From: an archaeon
GTDB lineage: Archaea; Nanobdellota; Nanobdellia; Woesearchaeales; JBDRAZ01
DNA: 64,000 nt
Assembly (NCBI GenBank): GCA_043823195.1
Contig: JBDRAZ010000103.1
Span: 42,038-106,037, forward strand
Direction of reading: 5' to 3'
This document shows, piece after piece, positions 9,995-20,013 of the stretch. A program made the position numbers and the translations under genes. The notes under the pieces were generated by a model. The model did not search any database. It was given only the letters and a program-made list of their open reading frames with translations, and had not been told where the DNA came from. Positions within the stretch are counted from its first letter, which is position 1. Each line of letters starts with the position of its first letter.

Positions 9995-10568
9995 GCTAAC
10001 AATCAGGCCGAATCTCTATTGCGCACTTCTGCTCAAGTTCATTACAATTGTATCCTTTGCAGGGGTCTTATCTGCCTCTGTATTTTTTGTCAGCAGGCTG
10101 GCAGGCTTCAATGTATGGCAGTTCCTTTTTGACACCATTGATACGGTGATCGGGGTCATCCCGCTCATGCCCCCAAGCGCGCTCCATACCTATCTTGAGG
10201 TTGTTATGCATGTTATTGAGGATTATTTTATTGAGGCCGCCGTGCTCATCTGGCTGACTCCGCTCAGGCTGTCCCTAACAAGATGGACATTCTCCCTTGA
10301 TTATTTCCAGGCAGTCTACGGCTTCATCTTGAGGAGCACCAAGACCACACCCTATTCAGAGGTAGTCCACCTGCGCTACAGGAAATACCTCGGATGGTGG
10401 GATTTCGGCAGCCTGGAAGTGGAGCTCTCGTCAAAGACAATCAGGCTCCCTTATGTGGTAGACGTTGAAAAAATTGCAGGTTTGCTGAATCATACGCTGG
10501 AACGCTACAAGGCAATACAGTATGAGCGGCACCTGAAGGGGCGCAGCACCCATAAAGCCTCCGGATAA
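9987..10568 (+). CDS. hypothetical membrane protein
   Basis: Two hydrophobic segments at the N-terminus. It overlaps the NFACT stop by 8 nt. Confidence 0.4.
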   Translation: MNKLTIRPNLYCALLLKFITIVSFAGVLSASVFFVSRLAGFNVWQFLFDTIDTVIGVIPLMPPSALHTYLEVVMHVIEDYFIEAAVLIWLTPLRLSLTRWTFSLDYFQAVYGFILRSTKTTPYSEVVHLRYRKYLGWWDFGSLEVELSSKTIRLPYVVDVEKIAGLLNHTLERYKAIQYERHLKGRSTHKASG

Positions 10569-10651
10569 GCTGAAAATTCCCGCCTTTTTCTTCGAAAACC
10601 CATATTAAGCCACAGATCACCCCTTATTTATCAATTAACGGGGGTGAGAAC

Positions 10652-10834
10652 ATGGCCTTAACTGAAAAGCAGGAGGAGCAGCTTGGCAAGATGCCTATTG
10701 TTGAGACGCGGATACAGAAGAGCAAGGACGGCAAATACATAATGCACAAGACTGTGATAACAGACATCAAGCCGGCTGAATACTACCGGGTTGTCCTGGA
10801 CAAAGCTGCCGAGCCGTCAGAAGCAGGGACCTAG
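10652..10834 (+). CDS. small hypothetical protein (60 aa)
   Basis: GGGGGTGA ribosome-binding site 6 nt upstream. Followed by a T-rich terminator (gttttttgtttttttttt). Confidence 0.35.
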   Translation: MALTEKQEEQLGKMPIVETRIQKSKDGKYIMHKTVITDIKPAEYYRVVLDKAAEPSEAGT

Positions 10835-10925
10835 TTTTTTGTTTTTTTTTTGCTTCCATCCGCCTCAAAGCCATGATTAAATATTTATATGTGCTCCGGT
10901 TTATTTGTTCTTGAGGTGATTTATT

Positions 10926-11294
10926 ATGAAGCAAATCGGATATTTAATCCTGGTCACTGTTCTGCTTGGCTGCGCCCGGGAGGCCCAGGAAATCCAGCCG
11001 GGGCCTGACGTGTGCACCATGGAGTATGCGCCGGTCTGCGGCACAGACGGCAACACCTATTCAAATGGTTGCACAGCCGGAGAGGCCGAGATAGCATACG
11101 CCGGGGAGTGCGGAAGCAGTGGCCATTGTGCAGCGCTTGGCGGTCATTGGATTGAGGGTGCAAACGAGTGCGAAGGAGTCTCTGCACTGGATTGCGACGA
11201 AATCGGCGGCACATTCAACGAGTGCGCATCAGCCTGCAGGAATGAGCAGTCAGAAATCTGCACAATGCAGTGCGTCCCTGTATGTGAACTCTGA
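10926..11294 (+). CDS. secreted Cys-rich lipoprotein with Kazal-type domain
   Basis: Lipobox LLGC at residues 13-16. [33 protein letters not shown] matches the Kazal core C..Y.PVCGTDG.TYSN.C. 18 Cys in 122 aa. Confidence 0.6.
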   Translation: MKQIGYLILVTVLLGCAREAQEIQPGPDVCTMEYAPVCGTDGNTYSNGCTAGEAEIAYAGECGSSGHCAALGGHWIEGANECEGVSALDCDEIGGTFNECASACRNEQSEICTMQCVPVCEL

Positions 11295-11455
11295 AGAAAA
11301 GGGTGACAGCTTTCCGTGTTTCCCGTATTGAAATACAGTACAGCACGGAACGGAAACCCGCTTGACTTCCGTGTTCGAAATGGGAACGGGTAGGACCGGG
11401 TACCTTTGGCCGTCTGAAGGGGTGGAATACGTTTCTTTTTAAAAAGTTAACGGTT

Positions 11456-11605
11456 TTACCTCCTTCTCTTCCTCTCGACCTCAACCTCAATATCCTGTGA
11501 GCCGCATGCCTTGCAGACCCTCACCATTGTCACACGGGATTTCTTGCCGTGCGTATAGTTGCTCCTTGTCTTGATCTTCCTGCCTTTGCAGCTTTTGCAT
11601 ATCAT
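11456..11605 (-). CDS. small basic C4 zinc-ribbon protein (49 aa; ribosomal/transcription-factor-like)
   Basis: My own translation: MICKSCKGRKIKTRSNYTHGKKSRVTMVRVCKACGSQDIEVEVERKRRR. Two CxxC pairs spaced 24 residues apart. A GAGGT ribosome-binding site lies 7 nt upstream. Not in the ORF track because it is under 60 aa. Confidence 0.4.
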   Translation of the reverse strand: MICKSCKGRKIKTRSNYTHGKKSRVTMVRVCKACGSQDIEVEVERKRRR

Positions 11606-11721
11606 CTTGAAACCTCAGGCATCGCTGATTATTCTCAGTTCAGCCTCCATCAGAAACAGACCGCCTCCCGAACCTATAGAAACAGAACGCCACGTTCCCG
11701 ATTGGGGCGGTGAATATGGCC

Positions 11722-13606
11722 TTACATATAAATGCTTCGGACCCTGAGCTCCTCAACTACCTTCTGCAAACGCCTGATGCGCTCAGCCATCTCCTGGCTG
11801 GATTTGTGGAAATCATTCATGACAGATATCAGCTCTCCAAGGACGGCCTTGTTGTCCCTGTACCTTGAAAGCTCCTGCCTGAGCTTCCTGGTCTGCGTCA
11901 CATCGCTGGGTGCGCATTTATTGCAGTGGGATGAGAGTTTCCCCTTTATCCCCTCCTCTCTCTTCCTGGCGAAAAACTCCCCCCGCCAGATATCCAGAAG
12001 CGGCCTGTCCCTTATATTATCGCCTTCCTCGGCAAAAAGCCCCGTGAGCCCGCATACACCGGTCCGGCCGTCGTGCTTAATCGCCATGTTGTACCAGGGC
12101 TTCAGGCAGTGGACATCCTCAAGTTTCATTTGCATCCTCCAGTATTGCCTTTCCGAGCTCCCCCGCAGACTTAACAAGCCTGTCCTGCAGTGTCTGGTCT
12201 TTATGGGTGAAGTTTGTCTCAATCCCGTACCTATCTGCGAGCACCCTCGCCTTTTCCACATATCCCGGCAGTTCCCCCCGCTCGGGACCGGTAAGCTTCA
12301 GTCCTGATCCCCCGCTATGATACTCGATTAGGGGCTCAGTGAACACATACTTTACATTCAGCCCGTGCGCAAGCTCAATCATCTCTGGCAGTTCCCTGTA
12401 GTTCAGCCTGTTTGTGACAAAGTTTATGTATATCTCGGGCCGCCCCCCCTTTCTCAGCCTGTTAAACTGCTGAATCGTGTCCAGCGTCTTGTCAAAAGCC
12501 CCCTTAACGCCCCTTAGCATGTCATGGGTTTCAGCCTTTGCACCGTCAATGCTGAAATGCAGCCTGTCCCATCCGATGCTGATGGTATCCTTGATCAGCC
12601 TTTCAGTCCACAGCGTTCCGTTGGTTGTCATCACTCCGTACATCCTGTCATTCTCCTTGACTGATTTCATGACCGGCATGCAGAGTTCAGGCACCATCAT
12701 CGGCTCGCATGCACCCTCAATGTTCCATATAAGCACTCCTGCCCTGTATGACTCCTCGACAATATCAAGCCATTTCCCAAGGGGCATCTCCCTTTTCATG
12801 CTCCTCATATTAAGGTCAGGGCCCGCACCCTGCCGCGTGCATGCCCTGCATTTCAGGTTGCATCTTGTGTGGAGTTCTGCATCAATTTTAAGCGGCGGCG
12901 CCTCAATCCCGTTCTCCCATGACATGAACCTCATAGCCCGCAGGCGCGCAATGATATCCTCCTTCCTGAACCCAATCATAAGCTTCTGTTCCTTCAGGAA
13001 ATATTCAAGCAGCGCGCTTCGTATGTAGTTATCATAGCCGGCCCTGTGCTCAGCATTGCCTGCATTCGAAAAGTCAGCATGGTATTGATCCAGATTCGCA
13101 GTCAGCATCTTTTTTTGTTTCCCGCTAAGCTGGTCGAATCCCCTCTCGCCTTTTATATCCGGCCTCGCCACAGGCCTTTCGGTCTCAACCCACGGCCGCT
13201 TAACGCCGAACTCGCTTTTCCATCTCTCAATCTGTCCGATGACAATCTCAGCCTCCGGTCCATCCCTGAATATCAGCCTGTCCCATTCAATCCTCACCAG
13301 ATTCCTAATTGTGTCCTGCCCCAGGGTCCTGCCGCTAAGATAGCCAACACCGTAGATCCGGTCACCCTTCTTCAGCTCCTTAAGAAATTCAAATCTCCCA
13401 TTTGCCGACTCATCAAGGTCAGCAACCTCGATTATCCTAATCCTGCTTTTCTTGATCCTGGTTATAAGCGGCAAATCGGCTTCCCCGATCTTAAGGGTGC
13501 CGCAGAACGGCTCAAACGGCCCGCCCTCGCACCAGCAAAGCGCCCTTTCCCTCAGCTCGAGAAGAAGCTCACCTAACCTTTCCTTTGGGTCAACGGCGTC
13601 CGGCAT
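11722..13606 (-). pseudogene. radical SAM/SPASM-type enzyme with ~215-aa N-terminal extension, disrupted by a 19-bp insertion near 12121-12139
   Basis: ORF 12119..13606 has CNLKCRACTRQ, GGEP-like and TNGTLW motifs, then stops at ...AILEDANET*. The SPASM half (MKLEDVHCLKPWYN..GRTGVCGL..HCNKC) continues in another frame as ORF 11722..12261. Removing caaatgaaacttgaggatg restores ..AILEDVHCLKPW.., which is collinear with the paralogs. Confidence 0.6.
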
Positions 13607-14753
13607 GTTCCTCCATCTCCTTCTTTATTGCCTGGACCTCAAAAACCCTCCAGACGCAGCAGGTGGCGCACGCCTCAGGCAATCTGCGTGTCAGTATCTG
13701 CCTCCTGTACTGGTCGAAATACTCGCCATGCCAGAGCTCCTTGAGGGTATGGTTCTTGATGTTGACCTTTGTCTCCCAGACATAGTTGTTGAAGCATGCA
13801 GCGATGTTTCCGTTGCCAATAATTGTGACATGGCTCCATGGCTCAAAGCACGGTACTGTCATGAAGTTTTCCAGCGGGTCCTCACTCTCATCCTCGATCA
13901 GCCTCTCGCCCCGCTCTATCCTCTTCCTGATTTCAGTCTTCTCAGCCTCTTCCATAAGGACCTCATGCATGGAGCCAGTCTTCTCAACATACCTGAGATC
14001 CAGAAACCTCTCGAGGTTTGACCATATTTCATGCTTCCTCAGGATCGGAAGGCATTTCCTGATTATGCCCTGGAATTCAGCCATCTGATCGATGTCCATC
14101 TTCAGCCTTTCCCCCTCTTTTGAGAACACGGTAAGCGGCAGTATGTGCAGTTCGTTGCAGCCGACGCTGCGGCCAATTTCGATAATGTTCGGCAGGTCCT
14201 TGTAGTTCCTGTTGGAGACAACGGTGTTGAACCCTATCCTTGGGCGGTCGCTCCCCATGGCCTTCTTCAGCCCTGCAAGCCTCCTGATGTTTGCAAGGAC
14301 CATGTTGTAGCACTTGGCACCCCGCAGGTCATCCTGGATCCTGGCAACAGAGCCGTCGATGCTGAATTTGACCATGGTCCACCTGCTCTTCACCAGGCCA
14401 CGCATCATCTCCTCGGTGAGGAGGCTTCCGTTCGTAACAATATCCCCATCCATGCCGCGCTTCCTGATCCTCATCATGAGCTCAAAGGTAATTTCACGCG
14501 ACAGCGGCTCCCCTCCGCCGACCAGGGCAATCTCCCTGACCCCAAGCTCTGCTGCCTCATCAACAAGCCCCATCAGGCGCTCATCACTCATCTCCTCTGA
14601 ATACCTCTTTTGAAGGTCTCCTGCGGAAACACCCTGCCTCCAGCAGCTGCGGCAGCTGAAATTGCACCTATCGGTAGGAATCAGTTCAATTGTGACCGGA
14701 GGCTGAGGTCTGCCTCTGGCCCATTCAATAAGCCTCTCGGTTTTCAGGTTCAA
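13590..14753 (-). CDS. radical SAM enzyme with SPASM/twitch-type C-terminal Cys domain
   Basis: LIEWARGRP..TDRCNFSCRSCWRQ (CxxxCxxC), VGGGEPL, VTNGSLL, C-terminal VPCFEPW..GNIAAC..CATCC. Family N-terminal motif RL..W..G. TATA ctttataaaaagg about 30 nt upstream on the minus strand. Confidence 0.75.
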   Translation of the reverse strand: MNLKTERLIEWARGRPQPPVTIELIPTDRCNFSCRSCWRQGVSAGDLQKRYSEEMSDERLMGLVDEAAELGVREIALVGGGEPLSREITFELMMRIRKRGMDGDIVTNGSLLTEEMMRGLVKSRWTMVKFSIDGSVARIQDDLRGAKCYNMVLANIRRLAGLKKAMGSDRPRIGFNTVVSNRNYKDLPNIIEIGRSVGCNELHILPLTVFSKEGERLKMDIDQMAEFQGIIRKCLPILRKHEIWSNLERFLDLRYVEKTGSMHEVLMEEAEKTEIRKRIERGERLIEDESEDPLENFMTVPCFEPWSHVTIIGNGNIAACFNNYVWETKVNIKNHTLKELWHGEYFDQYRRQILTRRLPEACATCCVWRVFEVQAIKKEMEEHAGRR

Positions 14754-14795
14754 AGCTACCCCCCGGGACAGGAATATCCGGCCTTTTTATAAAGA

Positions 14796-16574
14796 TTATC
14801 CAAGTTTCTCAAGCTTTCGCCGTGCAGATCTCTCCTCAGGTATCTCAGCAAAATCATATCCCTGTGCTCTTCTGAAGTAGCTGGCTGCCTCCTTGAGGTT
14901 GTCCAGCCTGTATGAGCAGATGGCCAGGAAATACAGTGTATGAAATATAGCGGCCTCGGGCTGCTTTACCTTCAGGCTTTTTTTCAGGCATCTTGCCGCC
15001 TCTTTGTAATTGCCCGATTTTGCATGGCACTTGCCCAGGGAAAACCAGCTCCATTCCAGCTCAGGATCCATTTCAACAGACCTCAGCAGGCAATCCCTGG
15101 CCTTTTCATATTGCCCGAGCTCCATGTGGCACTCACCCAGGTCCCTCAGGGCAAGGGCGCCGGGCGGAATATTCTCAAGCAGCCCGATCGCTTCTTCAAA
15201 TCTCCCCAGCTCCCTCTTGCACCTGGCAATGCTGTATCTTGCCAGGTCCCTTCTTTCACTGCTGTCCTCAAGCCCCTCCAGCTTTTCATAGCACCCGAGG
15301 GCCATGGCGTGCTTTCTGGTCTGCATGTAAATCCTGCCCAGCACAAGCCAGGCATTCCTATTGTCCGGGTTAACCTTAAGCAGATGTTTCATGTAATCGA
15401 TGGCTCTGCCGAACATGCTGTTTTCATAGAAGAATGTGCCGATCTCCCCGAAGCGTTCCATGACCTCCTTTTTTGTGGCCTTTTTTTTCCTGTATTTGTC
15501 ATATAGGCTGAAATGCATGTCCCTTCTGAGCATCTGGGTGCGTATGTACTGCCAGGCGCCGCATCTTGAGCATTCTGCCGGGAGCCTGCCCTCCAGCAGG
15601 TCACTGCGGAACATGGCAAACTCCCTGCTGTTCCATATGTGATTCAGGTCTGTTTTGGCGTTGAGGCCCGGAATCGTGCGCTCGCAGCAGGCACCAACCC
15701 TTCCGTCCGGGTGGATCATCAGGTTATACCAGGGCTCATAGCATGGCACAGACAGAAAACCTCTTTTCTCATATTCAATTTTCTGGTGCGCATGAGAACT
15801 CACAACAGATTTCATCTCATTGGATCTGCGGATCAGGTCAACATCAAGCTTGTCAAGGTCGCTTTCAATGCCATACTCCTCAACTTTGCCGATTGCCTTA
15901 AAGAGGGAGTTTTTCAGCTTGTCGGATTGCTCTTTGGAGAGCCTCAGCTTGTCGAGATGCCCGCTGCCCTTGATTGGATTAACATTGAGAAAATCGCATC
16001 CCATCTGTTTCGCAAGGTCAACCATGCCGGGAAGCTCTTTGTAGTTCCTGTTGCACAGCACCATTGTCAGGACCGCGCTGGGCAGCTTCACCGCGGCCGC
16101 CCTCTTGAATTCGGCCAGCTTCTGCATTGCTGCAGTCGCCCTCCCAAACGAGCCCCTCCCCCTGAGGCAATCATTGGTCTTTTCGCAAGCGCCCTCAATG
16201 CTGAAGCATATGCTCTCCCAGCCCATCAGGACAAGGTTTTTAATCATATCATCTGTGAGGAGGGTCCCGTTTGTTATCACCGTTCCGTTCATCCCGTGGT
16301 CCCTGATCTGCTTCATCAGCATGATTGTTACCGGGCGCATGAAGGGCTCGCCGCCGCCGGACAACAGCCATTCCCGCACCCCCAGCCTATGTGCCTCATC
16401 AACAATCCCTCTGAGCCTGGCATCGCTAAGCTCCGGCCTATCGCGGGACAGCCCCCTGCAGAATACGCAGTTCAGGTTGCACCTGTCAGTTACGTTGAGC
16501 TGTATCCTGAACGGCGGGCTGGTTTTTCCCTCTGACCAGTTCAGCAGCCTTTGCGTTTTTTCATAATCTTTCAT
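14796..16574 (-). CDS. radical SAM/SPASM-type enzyme fused to C-terminal TPR repeats
   Basis: N-terminal LLNWSEGKT..TDRCNLNCVFCRG, SGGGEPF, ITNGTLL, VPCYEPW..GRVGACC..CSRCG. The last ~230 aa are TPR-like helical repeats (LGRIYMQ..ALGCYEKL..). Confidence 0.75.
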   Translation of the reverse strand: MKDYEKTQRLLNWSEGKTSPPFRIQLNVTDRCNLNCVFCRGLSRDRPELSDARLRGIVDEAHRLGVREWLLSGGGEPFMRPVTIMLMKQIRDHGMNGTVITNGTLLTDDMIKNLVLMGWESICFSIEGACEKTNDCLRGRGSFGRATAAMQKLAEFKRAAAVKLPSAVLTMVLCNRNYKELPGMVDLAKQMGCDFLNVNPIKGSGHLDKLRLSKEQSDKLKNSLFKAIGKVEEYGIESDLDKLDVDLIRRSNEMKSVVSSHAHQKIEYEKRGFLSVPCYEPWYNLMIHPDGRVGACCERTIPGLNAKTDLNHIWNSREFAMFRSDLLEGRLPAECSRCGAWQYIRTQMLRRDMHFSLYDKYRKKKATKKEVMERFGEIGTFFYENSMFGRAIDYMKHLLKVNPDNRNAWLVLGRIYMQTRKHAMALGCYEKLEGLEDSSERRDLARYSIARCKRELGRFEEAIGLLENIPPGALALRDLGECHMELGQYEKARDCLLRSVEMDPELEWSWFSLGKCHAKSGNYKEAARCLKKSLKVKQPEAAIFHTLYFLAICSYRLDNLKEAASYFRRAQGYDFAEIPEERSARRKLEKLG

Positions 16575-16581
16575 TTCGATC

Positions 16582-18729
16582 CTACTGCACGCATTCCCTG
16601 CATGTAAGGTTATCGCCGGCCCTTCCCCCCAGGCTTACGCTGTCGATATATATGACCCTCTCTTCCTGCGCATTAAGATCATTGTCAATCCTGAACCTGT
16701 AGGACTTTACCATGTCAAGGTCCCGTCTCCCGTTCCCCTGAAAAGGGAATGATTCGTCCTGCGGCTCAAGCTCATCGAACAGGACGGTAATAAGTGTCCA
16801 GTTCCTGCCAAGCAGGACATCTGCGTTCCTGTATTCCCACCAGTCATCATCCCTGTCAACAATGTACAGGTGCAGCATCCCGCCCATCCCGTCCCCCCTC
16901 ACCGCAAAACTGATGCTCTCATAATCACTCCAGTCCTGACCAATATTCCGGTATGCCTTTATGTGCTTGACAACCCCCTGATCCTCGCCGAAGCTGACCG
17001 AGAGCCTGAGTGAGTTCCTGCCTTCAAATGCATGGCTGTCCGCAGACGCGGCAATAAAAACGGATGGCTCGTGGTCCGGGTCGCCGCTGCCAAATCCCTC
17101 AAAAACCATGTTGCTGAGGTCGCCGTCCTCAAAGTCATCTATGGTCTGATCTGCATCTCCCGCTTCACCTTCACTGTCAATCACCTTGTAGATGAAGAAT
17201 ATCTCCTCGCCCTTTGAGTCCCTTATCTTTTCAAGAATGGCCAGCTCCTTTCCCGCCTCCCGGGCCGCCTGTTCAAGCCCCTCCAGCCTGCCCCTGAATA
17301 TCGTGTGCCTCTTGGAATAAAACACATAGGCATTGGCCGGATCATTGACCCTGTCCTTAATGTCGGCGATATATTCCGCCGGCGGGCCCTCCTCCGCAGG
17401 ATTCTCGCTGACATAAATGTCAATTGGCGCGACCGCACCCCTCGTATTGATCAGTACCGGGTTAGATATTCCCCAATCCATGATCAGGGGTTCAGCTATC
17501 CCGTTTTCCATGAGGTATTCAGATAACCTGTACAGCGCATCTGAATAGCGGGCGGCATCGCCGGGATGTATTATGTGGGTCTCGTAGCGCAGAGTGTAGA
17601 TGCTGCCGGCAATCACCAGGAAAATTACCCAGAGCCACAGGTAAATCTTATTATGCCCAAAAACCCGGACAACAGAAACAGCAATGATCTGCGCCATGAG
17701 CGGAAGCAGTATCAGCTTATGGTGTGCGCCGAAATTTGTGACTGTTACTGTCAGGGTCAACAAGATCACCGCGAAATTGACAAGCACAAAGGCCAGGTTT
17801 CTTCTTATGCTGCGAATGCCCGCCAGGATGATAATGACTGATGCCAGAAGCAACAGGTTGTAAATCACGGGTGATACTGAGAGCAGTTGCGTGATGTTTG
17901 TGGCAAGATTGCCTGATACATCCAGGTTGTTGGTGCCGAATCTGGTGCCAGGAAAATTTGAAAAAAAGAACTTAAAGGTCCCAAGGGTGATTATGTTGTA
18001 AATCAGGAGCGGCATGCACCCCGCTGCAAAGCTGCAGGCTGCAAGGGCTGCCTCTTTGCGCTTCAGTGGCAGGACCGGCCGCACGTTCTTCCACCTGAGG
18101 AGAACCGGCGCAGACGCCGCCAGGGCAAACAGGTAGAAGAGGAACAGCAGAAGGGTGTATGTCCCGAACCCGAGCATAAAGAATCCCGCGTAAAGATACC
18201 GGCGTTTCTTTGTATCCGCATATCTCAGGAAGCAGAGCAGGGCAGCATAATAAAGCAGCATAAGGAAATGGATAATCAGTGTGCTCCGGTTCATGTAGAG
18301 GAAATTGATATGGAATGCAAGTGCGGCTGTGGCCACATATGCAACTTTCCTTGAAAAGAATCCCTTAGTGAACAGGTAATATGCCACGAGCATGAGCATC
18401 TGCAGCATAATCAGGGGAATTCTTATCGAGTATACGCTGATGTCAAAGACCCCGAAGATCCCCATATAGAGGTAGGCAAGTGTCCATCCCGCATACGGGG
18501 TAGCCATAACCGGAAGCTCCACCCCTGACACGTTCACGCTGTACTCCACCATTCTTTCCTTAACCTCGTCACTCAGCCCGCCGGACAGCATCTGCATGGC
18601 AACTATCGGCTCAATCACGGCATCATAGGAGAGCGCAGGCATGCCAATATCACGGATATTAAGGAAGAAGAACAATGCCAGCACCGCAGCAAGAAAGGCA
18701 ATCTCGCTTCTCCTCATCTGTCTTTTCAT
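16582..18729 (-). CDS. polytopic membrane protein (GT-C-type glycosyltransferase-like) with C-terminal CBM11/CIA30-like beta-sandwich domain
   Basis: About 13 predicted TM helices in the first 450 aa. The C-terminal ~200 aa are paralogous to 24126..24905 and 30936..31688 (shared ..DWSxYxxxxFAVxGDGxGGxLxLxxVDxDxDWWxYxxxxxLxxxxWTxxTxxFxxLxxxxxxFPxxGxG..YRxRID). Confidence 0.55.
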   Translation of the reverse strand: MKRQMRRSEIAFLAAVLALFFFLNIRDIGMPALSYDAVIEPIVAMQMLSGGLSDEVKERMVEYSVNVSGVELPVMATPYAGWTLAYLYMGIFGVFDISVYSIRIPLIMLQMLMLVAYYLFTKGFFSRKVAYVATAALAFHINFLYMNRSTLIIHFLMLLYYAALLCFLRYADTKKRRYLYAGFFMLGFGTYTLLLFLFYLFALAASAPVLLRWKNVRPVLPLKRKEAALAACSFAAGCMPLLIYNIITLGTFKFFFSNFPGTRFGTNNLDVSGNLATNITQLLSVSPVIYNLLLLASVIIILAGIRSIRRNLAFVLVNFAVILLTLTVTVTNFGAHHKLILLPLMAQIIAVSVVRVFGHNKIYLWLWVIFLVIAGSIYTLRYETHIIHPGDAARYSDALYRLSEYLMENGIAEPLIMDWGISNPVLINTRGAVAPIDIYVSENPAEEGPPAEYIADIKDRVNDPANAYVFYSKRHTIFRGRLEGLEQAAREAGKELAILEKIRDSKGEEIFFIYKVIDSEGEAGDADQTIDDFEDGDLSNMVFEGFGSGDPDHEPSVFIAASADSHAFEGRNSLRLSVSFGEDQGVVKHIKAYRNIGQDWSDYESISFAVRGDGMGGMLHLYIVDRDDDWWEYRNADVLLGRNWTLITVLFDELEPQDESFPFQGNGRRDLDMVKSYRFRIDNDLNAQEERVIYIDSVSLGGRAGDNLTCRECVQ

Positions 18730-19976
18730 TTGCTATGGTACCTTCTTACATTCACGAGCGCAGTTGCCCGGGAGATGCCGTAATCCGTGGATATCTCGCC
18801 CTGGTTGCAGCATGACATCACCTGATAATCAATGCGGGCGGGATCGCAGATAACAGCAAAGGCCAGGATCATGCAGCCGGCGCCGCCCGCCTTTGTGAAT
18901 GTCAGGGGGCCCGAATAGGCCAGCCTGAAAAGGCTAGGCAGCAGGAGCAGGCTTCGCCACCGCATTGCCGTGATGAGCCTCATCCAGCTTATGATGCGGG
19001 CATTGCCCGGGATAGCGGCCAATCTCCTGAGGTCAACAAAATCGGCAAGTGTTCTTACCCTTTTTCCCCTGAACAGGGGGTAGTACAGGTTGTAAAAGCA
19101 TTTCTTCCTGCCAAAGATATGCGAGAGCAGGTACAGGAGCGGCTGGCTGCGGTATACCCTGCCTGTTGAAACCCTCCCCCCGGTTGACCTGCAGAGTTCA
19201 TCCATAATATCCTCAACGCACATCAGGCCTCCGGGCATCTTCATGTGCGCCACCGGCCTGAACACCACTGCTTTAACGAACCTGTTATTCAGGGCATAGC
19301 GCAGTATCCCTGGCGTCTCGCCAATATTATTCTCATCCACCGTGGCTTCGATTACCGTTGGCATGCGGCATCCCCTCAGGTTCCGGAGCGCCAGGAGCTT
19401 GCTGTCCAGGAGGTCAGCTCCGCGACGCCCGATATAATAGTCCCTGTCAAAACCGTCAAACTGAAGATGAACCTCAGAGACCCCTGATTTCTTAAGCATC
19501 TCAACATAAGGCTTCTGAGCCAGCCTGATGCCGTTTGTATGCAATAGGGCAGCATTGCCTGATTCTCTGACTATCCTGATTATGTCGGCCAGGTCTTCCC
19601 TGATTGTCGGCTCCCCGCCGAACAGGCCGATCTTCTTTCCCCTGAATCCCGCCAGCAGCTGCCTGATCTCCCTGAGCGACGGCTCACGGTATTTGTGGTA
19701 GTTGGCCCTCACAAAGCATTCCCTGCAGCTGATGTTGCAATCAAGCGTCAGCATCAGCTGATACAAATCAGGCCCCGGACCCTTGCCGGGATATGAGAAA
19801 TAGGAATCATGCATTGCCCGGTAATCCCCCGGATGCGAAGAAAGCATCACACTGAAATCCCCGTGGTCGCTGCAGCTCTTGACCATCTTCACTGTCCCGG
19901 ACGTTTCAACCACATCTGCACTGATCTTCCTGAGGCATACCGGGCACAATGAGTGCGTCTTTCTCAGCACGTTCAT
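18726..19976 (-). CDS. zinc-ribbon-radical SAM fusion enzyme (paralog of 22728..24047)
   Basis: N-terminal CPVCLRK..(20)..CSDHG ribbon, then LTLDCNISCRECFV (CxxxCxxC), GLFGGEPT, LHTNGIRL. C-terminal Cys cluster (..CDP..SCCNQG). Confidence 0.6.
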   Translation of the reverse strand: MNVLRKTHSLCPVCLRKISADVVETSGTVKMVKSCSDHGDFSVMLSSHPGDYRAMHDSYFSYPGKGPGPDLYQLMLTLDCNISCRECFVRANYHKYREPSLREIRQLLAGFRGKKIGLFGGEPTIREDLADIIRIVRESGNAALLHTNGIRLAQKPYVEMLKKSGVSEVHLQFDGFDRDYYIGRRGADLLDSKLLALRNLRGCRMPTVIEATVDENNIGETPGILRYALNNRFVKAVVFRPVAHMKMPGGLMCVEDIMDELCRSTGGRVSTGRVYRSQPLLYLLSHIFGRKKCFYNLYYPLFRGKRVRTLADFVDLRRLAAIPGNARIISWMRLITAMRWRSLLLLPSLFRLAYSGPLTFTKAGGAGCMILAFAVICDPARIDYQVMSCCNQGEISTDYGISRATALVNVRRYHSK

Positions 19977-19980
19977 AACC

Positions 19981-20008
19981 TTAATAAACTATGCTCGGTT
20001 TATATAAT
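19981..20008. promoter_or_regulatory. 38-bp divergent promoter region with TATA-like boxes for the minus-strand rSAM operon and the plus-strand B12-rSAM gene
   Basis: ccttaataaactatgctcggtttatataatttatt between divergent start codons at 19976 and 20014. Confidence 0.35.
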
Positions 20009-20013
20009 TTATT

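Noticed and set aside
11366-11385. gttcgaaat resembling a tRNA T-loop
   Set aside because: No complementary T-stem, acceptor stem or anticodon arm could be folded around it.
11722-12261. 179-aa ORF as an independent gene
   Set aside because: It is the out-of-frame SPASM half of the rSAM pseudogene 11722..13606.
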